Below, piece by piece: positions 58,980-64,000 of a stretch of 64,000 nucleotides of DNA. Position numbers and translations under genes: made by a program. Every line of letters begins with the position of its first letter. Position 1 is the first letter of the stretch. Under the pieces are notes generated by a model that was not told where the DNA came from, did not search any database, and was given only the letters and a program-made list of their open reading frames with translations. The stretch comes from Candidatus Bathyarchaeia archaeon (lineage in GTDB: Archaea; Thermoproteota; Bathyarchaeia; Bathyarchaeales; Bathycorpusculaceae), in NCBI GenBank assembly GCA_038727135.1, contig JAVYWL010000004.1:32001-96000 (forward strand). Direction: 5' to 3'.

Positions 58980-60002
58980 CTATTTCCTTTTGTAATATGT
59001 TAGAGGATGGCTAACTTTTCTGCATGTTTCGTCTGGTTCTGTGCATAGTCCATGCGTTTTGAGGGTGTCGCACTTTGGTGGCTTATATCGGGTTCTTGAA
59101 CCTCTTTCGCCCGCTATATGTTCTACTTGGTAGCGGGTTAGGCGTTCGTTGAAGTCTGAGGAGTTTCTGAAGAAGTCTATTATGTTTTCGGTTGGCATTC
59201 CTATGTTCACGAGGAAGGATGTCAGGGTGAACCTTCCTATGTGGGATATGTGACGTCCCTTTGAGGCAGCGTCGTAGAGCGCTTTTATACATGGCGGGAA
59301 AGCATCCTTCTTTAAGGTTTTTGGGATGCCCTCTATCTCTGCTCTGCTGACTTTTTCGAGTGTTAAGCTCTTAATTTTTTCAACAGTTTCCGCTATTTTC
59401 TGTGGAAATTCCGGTAGATCCTTTACTTCTAGGCGTTTTTCTATGTGCCTTCTGATCTCTTCGCTTAGGAGTCTTGCAGTTTCGTTTATTGTTAGATAGA
59501 CGTTTCCGTCTTTAAGTAGGCGGTTTACTAGTTTCCATTTTTTCTCCTTTAGGTTTGTGGTGTTTCTGAGGTAGTCGGTAAAGTGAAGCTTAAACTGGTA
59601 TGGCATATCTGCTTCCGTGTTTGTTGTGATTTTCCATTGGAAGTTGTTTGCTATTGCCAAAATTTTTTCTGGAGGCTCGTTTTTCATGTTGTTGTAGGCT
59701 TGCTTTGCTTCTGCTAGGGCGTATCTTCTTTTTATGAAGGGGGTTTGGGTGGCTGCTGCTAGCATTATTGCCGTTGGAAATGATAGGATTTCTATTTCTT
59801 CGTTACGGGTTTTTCTTGTCACTATTGCGTATAGGATTGCTTCTTCCACTCTTTCTTCGGCGCGTTCTAGAATTTGGGAGAATTCTGGGCTTGCCAAGTC
59901 CTCAATTTTTAAGTCTAGGGTTTTTACGTATTCTGCTGCTTCTTTCAGGAAAGGGTATTTGGCTAGGTCGTTTTTTGTGAATTTAACCGTTGAAAGTTGC
60001 AT
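58980..60002 (-). CDS. priL: DNA primase large subunit
   Basis: KYPFL, FPPCI, HIGRF, YQVEHIAG, YKPPKC, HPL.YY. Confidence 0.94.
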   Translation of the reverse strand: MQLSTVKFTKNDLAKYPFLKEAAEYVKTLDLKIEDLASPEFSQILERAEERVEEAILYAIVTRKTRNEEIEILSFPTAIMLAAATQTPFIKRRYALAEAKQAYNNMKNEPPEKILAIANNFQWKITTNTEADMPYQFKLHFTDYLRNTTNLKEKKWKLVNRLLKDGNVYLTINETARLLSEEIRRHIEKRLEVKDLPEFPQKIAETVEKIKSLTLEKVSRAEIEGIPKTLKKDAFPPCIKALYDAASKGRHISHIGRFTLTSFLVNIGMPTENIIDFFRNSSDFNERLTRYQVEHIAGERGSRTRYKPPKCDTLKTHGLCTEPDETCRKVSHPLTYYKRK

Positions 60003-60009
60003 TTTTCCA

Positions 60010-60765
60010 CTAGGCTGTTTCTATTCTTGGTGCCAGATAGAAGGTTAGTTTTCCTTCTTTTGCTTGTTGGAAGTCTATTTTTATTGGCATGTCTGTTGAG
60101 AATTCTAGGGTTGCTATGTCTGATGTGGCCGACGCTGCCTTAATTATTTCTGAGAGGTAGCTTAGGCTGAAGGTGGCTTTTGATGGCTCTTTTGCTTCTA
60201 GATCTAGTAGGGCGTCGCTTCCCTTTTTCAGCTCTATTGTTGCACCCATAAGATCGCCCGCGGCTTGGAAAACCAGTTTTTCGTTGTCTGCCTCTATGCG
60301 GACATGATCGCTTACGAGTTCGGCGTCTTCCACTGCTTGGCGTAAGCCGTCTGTTGTGGCTTTTGCCCTAACATTGAATGATATTTTTGGTGTTGGCACT
60401 TCTTCTTCTGATGCTTCAAGGGTTGGCATTGTAAAGTTCCGCGTGTACTTCCCAGTTATCTTCAACTGTAAGCGTCCAGTTTTTTCATCTAGAGCCAGCT
60501 CGATAACTTCGTCCTTTCCAGCCCTTTTCAGAAGCTTTAACAATTCGCCTATGTTTATGCACATTTTTGTTGGTTCAGTACAAACATATTCATCGAAGAC
60601 TGTTTTTGGCCATTCAAAGTCCACCATGGCAACGCGGGATGGGTCCATAGCTCTTAGCTTTAGGGCTTCCGGCGTTATCTGAAATGTGGCCTCGTCAACG
60701 AGGATGGATATGGCTGTCGCCATGTCCCTTAAAAGTTTAGCATCTGAAACCTTGAGTCTGAACAT
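60010..60765 (-). CDS. pcn: PCNA sliding clamp
   Basis: RAMDPSRVAM, FSLSYL, DMP, FYLAPR. Confidence 0.96.
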   Translation of the reverse strand: MFRLKVSDAKLLRDMATAISILVDEATFQITPEALKLRAMDPSRVAMVDFEWPKTVFDEYVCTEPTKMCINIGELLKLLKRAGKDEVIELALDEKTGRLQLKITGKYTRNFTMPTLEASEEEVPTPKISFNVRAKATTDGLRQAVEDAELVSDHVRIEADNEKLVFQAAGDLMGATIELKKGSDALLDLEAKEPSKATFSLSYLSEIIKAASATSDIATLEFSTDMPIKIDFQQAKEGKLTFYLAPRIETA

Positions 60766-60838
60766 GTCTCTCCCTTTTAAAGGGTAATGTTTAAGGTTAT
60801 AAAACTTTTATACACTTAAGCGTAATGCTGAATGGCTT

Positions 60839-61192
60839 TTATGAGTATTCTCTGAATGTGTAGCCGCATTTTGTGCAGCGGAGGAACTGGGTTGAGGATT
60901 CGTCTGCTCCGCGGGTTTGCACTTGCCATACGTAAGCCGTGTTGTTTCCACATTTTGGACACTCAATTCTGACTGTTGGGAGGGTTCGGAGTTTTTGTTC
61001 TTCCTTGCCTATCACTGCAACTTGTTGCTGAGGGTTGTGCTGGATTATTTTTGCAACTTTTGGTGCAGCTTTTTCGCTTACTATGCGTTTCTTGTAGCCG
61101 CATTTTGGACAAGTAAGCGTGAGGGATTCCTTTTTCTCAGATTTTGCCTTTTTTGGCACGAGACGTGTTCCGCATTTTGGGCAAAATTCCAT
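60839..61192 (-). CDS. tfs: Transcription factor S (cleavage factor)
   Basis: Two Zn ribbons, QTRGADE acidic hairpin. Confidence 0.93.
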   Translation of the reverse strand: MEFCPKCGTRLVPKKAKSEKKESLTLTCPKCGYKKRIVSEKAAPKVAKIIQHNPQQQVAVIGKEEQKLRTLPTVRIECPKCGNNTAYVWQVQTRGADESSTQFLRCTKCGYTFREYS

Positions 61193-61272
61193 TGTTTTAA
61201 ACTCCGGTTTCCGTTTGTTTTCCCATGACTTGGTGTCTTTTAAACTTTTTCTTTCGACAATTAGGATTCAAA

Positions 61273-61866
61273 CTATATTGTGCTAAGCCCGGATGCAATT
61301 AAATGTGCAACACGGAGTGCCTCGGGAATGTAGCTCCGCGTCGATGTCAACTGCAGAATTTTTTTGGCATCCTCTTCTGAGATTCCAGACATCTGCATGT
61401 AAATTTTGCCTCTCCCACCTCGTATGGGCACTTCGTAAAGTTCTCCGGCATTAAGTATGGCTTTCCATCGTTCCTCACTTTTTGGAAGCTTTTTTAGGGC
61501 TTCACGGATTTCGTCAAAGTTTGGTTTATCACGTGTCACAGCGATCACTGGGAGTCCCGTGTTTGCGTTGAGCTTTTTTATGTCCACCACGTTAAAGCCA
61601 GCAATAGTCACGCCATTAAGCATCACAACCCTCAACTGCTTATAGTGTGGAGAATTCTTTATCATGGATGAAATTTTTCTTGTGGCTTCAAATCCGTCAA
61701 CCTTAACCTTTGTGTGCATGACCCCATCAAGCCAGTATCCGCCGCGGAAAACAACGCCTACAACGGGCACTAAACTTTTTGTGTGGGGTTTAAATACTCC
61801 GTCATCAACTCCCAAAACGCGGATTTCAGGCTTTATTACACGAAACTTTCTTGTGGTGGTGGGCAA
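61273..61866 (-). CDS. DUF99 / endonuclease dU (EndoV-like fold) protein
   Basis: GVDDG, VDG, GVTIAGFNVVD, IPEALRVAHLIA. Confidence 0.88.
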   Translation of the reverse strand: MPTTTRKFRVIKPEIRVLGVDDGVFKPHTKSLVPVVGVVFRGGYWLDGVMHTKVKVDGFEATRKISSMIKNSPHYKQLRVVMLNGVTIAGFNVVDIKKLNANTGLPVIAVTRDKPNFDEIREALKKLPKSEERWKAILNAGELYEVPIRGGRGKIYMQMSGISEEDAKKILQLTSTRSYIPEALRVAHLIASGLSTI

Positions 61867-62016
61867 AATCTTCCCTCAAATTGTCCAGCAGAAATAGAGG
61901 CTTGTACACATTATAAGTTTAGCGAAAACATTTTGAGACATGATAGCAGAATACAAGAAAGCTTAAAAGTTTTTGGAAGTGCAACTAAAAGCGTCAGGGC
62001 TGGCACGTGAAGAGTT

Positions 62017-62211
62017 ATGGATAAAACGGAAACCATAGGCGCGTTTTTAATAGTCATCGGGCTCTTGCTAATTATTCATCATATGATTTTTTGGCAGAGA
62101 CCTTTTGACCTTGCCGACATGCTGCATCACGAGTTTTTTGAGGCAATATTTTTCACGGCTGGGGTAACCCTCCTAATAGTGACATGGTCAAATAAGCGGA
62201 GAGGAAGTTAA
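62017..62211 (+). CDS. Small membrane protein with His pairs
   Basis: 64 aa, two TM segments, IHH and LHHE. Confidence 0.55.
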   Translation: MDKTETIGAFLIVIGLLLIIHHMIFWQRPFDLADMLHHEFFEAIFFTAGVTLLIVTWSNKRRGS

Positions 62212-62213
62212 CA

Positions 62214-63566
62214 TTGAACCTTCTGCTTTATGGCGGAACCATAGTAACAATGCGTGGGAACGAAATAATCCGTGATGGAGCCATAGTAATAGAAGACGAG
62301 ACTATAATTGATGTTGGAAAGGCCGAGCAAATATTAAGAGAGTATGCAAGCGGCTATGAGAAGATAAACGCCAAAGGAAGGGTGGTGATTCCGGGGCTTA
62401 TAAACACTCATCAACATGCAGCCATGAGCCTTTTGAGGGGTTACGCTGACGACTTACCCTTGCAAGAGTGGCTTGAAAAGTGGATTTGGCCTATAGAAGG
62501 GTTGATGACGGCTGAAGACATCTATGTTGGCAGTTTGCTAACAGCCGTGGAATCCATAATGGGTGGCACAACAACCGTTAACACAATGTATCATTACATG
62601 CCCGAGGGAAATGAGGCGAAAGCCTTTGCGGATGCTGGTATTAGGGGTGTTGTTGGACATGTTTGCTTTTCATGGAGGAAAGATGAGGACAGGAGGGCGT
62701 TGGAGGATTTAGCCAAAAACTGGCATAATAAAGCTGGAGGGCTTATCCGCGTCAGCGTTGACCCTCACGCGCCTTACACTGTCGACCCAGAATACATGAA
62801 GGAACTTAAAGCTTTACGTGACGAATTCGACAAGAAGTATGGCTCTGAAAGGGCGCCAATTATATGGCATATCCACGTGGCTGAAACATTTGATGAGGCT
62901 GAAAAAGTTCGGAGAGTCTTCAGTGTTGATATGAAAGGCGGTGTGGTGGAGTATTTGGACTCTTTAGGAGTTTTAGACGAGCGTGTTGTTGCAGCCCACT
63001 GTGTGGCACTGACGGATAGGGATATGGCGTTAATGAAAGCCAGAGGCGTTAAGGTTTCCCATAACCCAATTTCGAATCTTAAGCTTGCTTCCGGCATAAG
63101 TCCCGTTCCAAGAATGTTGGAACATGGCATAACAGTCTCGCTTGGCACAGACAGTCCATGCTCTAACAATGCGGCGGACATGTTTGAGGTCATGAAGGTG
63201 GCAGCCCTGCTCCATAAGGGGGTTAGTCGAAATCCCACGGTGACGTCTGCGCAGCAAGTCCTAAAGATGGCAACTTTGGATGGCGCTAGGGCTTTATGCT
63301 GGGAAAACGAGATAGGCTCAATAGAGGCTGGGAAAAAGGCGGATTTAGTCATCATAAATTTTGAGAAGCCACACCTATGCCCACTATATAACGAATTTAG
63401 CCATCTGGTTTACGCCACAAAATCGGCGGATGTTGAAACTGTCATAATAAATGGTAAAATTGTTATGGAAAACAGGCGTCCAACAACCTTGAATGTTGAG
63501 AAGATTATGAAAATGGTTGAGAAAGCTAAAAACCGCCTTTTAGAAAAGCTTCAAGCGCAACATTAA
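62214..63566 (+). CDS. mtaD: 5'-deoxyadenosine/MTA/SAH deaminase (MtaD/DadD family amidohydrolase)
   Basis: PGLINTHQH, LRG.ADD..L..WL, HAPYT, HVAE, HNPISNLKLASG, GTDS..SNN. Confidence 0.85.
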   Translation: MNLLLYGGTIVTMRGNEIIRDGAIVIEDETIIDVGKAEQILREYASGYEKINAKGRVVIPGLINTHQHAAMSLLRGYADDLPLQEWLEKWIWPIEGLMTAEDIYVGSLLTAVESIMGGTTTVNTMYHYMPEGNEAKAFADAGIRGVVGHVCFSWRKDEDRRALEDLAKNWHNKAGGLIRVSVDPHAPYTVDPEYMKELKALRDEFDKKYGSERAPIIWHIHVAETFDEAEKVRRVFSVDMKGGVVEYLDSLGVLDERVVAAHCVALTDRDMALMKARGVKVSHNPISNLKLASGISPVPRMLEHGITVSLGTDSPCSNNAADMFEVMKVAALLHKGVSRNPTVTSAQQVLKMATLDGARALCWENEIGSIEAGKKADLVIINFEKPHLCPLYNEFSHLVYATKSADVETVIINGKIVMENRRPTTLNVEKIMKMVEKAKNRLLEKLQAQH

Positions 63567-63605
63567 ATAATTGTGGGTGAAAATGGCATAGCGGAAGGCG
63601 ATTTA

Positions 63606-64000
63606 ATGGCAAGCTTTAAAGTTAAAGATGAAAGCCTAGCTCCAAAGGGGGCGCTACAAATAGAATGGGCTTCAAGACATATGCCCGTTCTAAACCAAAT
63701 CAAGAAAAGATTCAGCCAAGAAAAACCTTTAAAGGATGTTGTGCTCGGCGCATGCCTCCACGTCACAAAGGAGACAGCCGTGCTGGTTGACGTTTTCCTC
63801 GCTGGCGGTGCAAAAGTAGCCCTTTGCGGCTCCAATCCGCTTTCAACGCAGGATGAGGTGGCGGCTGCGCTGGCAGAGAAAGGCGTCCATGTTTACGCTT
63901 GGCGTGGTCAAACAAAAGACGAATACTACTGGTGCATTGAAAGGGTCGTAGACTATAAGCCCTTGATAACGTTGGACGACGGAGCAGACCTAGTCAGCAC
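63606..64000 (+). CDS. ahcY: Adenosylhomocysteinase (SAH/SIH hydrolase), 5' part
   Basis: Manual translation: MASFKVKDESLAPKGALQIEWASRHMPVL...ACLHVTKET...SNPLSTQDEV...LDDGADL. Confidence 0.95.
   Translation, partial: MASFKVKDESLAPKGALQIEWASRHMPVLNQIKKRFSQEKPLKDVVLGACLHVTKETAVLVDVFLAGGAKVALCGSNPLSTQDEVAAALAEKGVHVYAWRGQTKDEYYWCIERVVDYKPLITLDDGADLVS

Noticed and set aside
541-63835. Numerous 60-260 aa antisense or alternate-frame ORFs in the track (e.g. 44042-44824, 62774-63355, 37172-37684)
   Set aside because: They overlap well-supported genes, have no recognisable motifs and show shadow-ORF composition

Overview
Archaeal chromosomal segment, most consistent with Bathyarchaeia or a related TACK lineage. 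This is inferred from gene content: TFB, TFS, Rpo12, MCM/GINS, PriS/PriL, RFC, L44e/S27e, a thaumarchaeosortase-like gene and an intron-containing tRNA. Left to right it holds a Cu-ATPase plus oxidative-stress/iron-storage cluster, NAPRT and class II RNR, aIF1/TFB, two tRNAs, glnA-guaA, nucleotide-sugar genes, tRNA-modification genes, a surface protein, glyA, nucleases, RFC, a glutamate locus, GINS-MCM, a pilin, the PCNA-primase-GINS15-L44e-S27e-aIF2a-Nop10 cluster interrupted by glycosylation/sortase genes, and a deaminase-ahcY pair. The most notable region is 35.6-43.4 kb. It contains a predicted RHH regulator with four tandem V4R-like domains, a glutamate dehydrogenase with an unexplained duplicated N-terminal domain, a Walker-degenerate KaiC/RecA-like protein, a stand-alone FMN glutamate-synthase-like protein and a second GDH. 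Three intergenic regions there carry phased ATGTWCA repeats, and the two gdh genes share two perfectly identical inverted tracts (105 and 56 bp). No database searches were run; family calls come from motif recognition.
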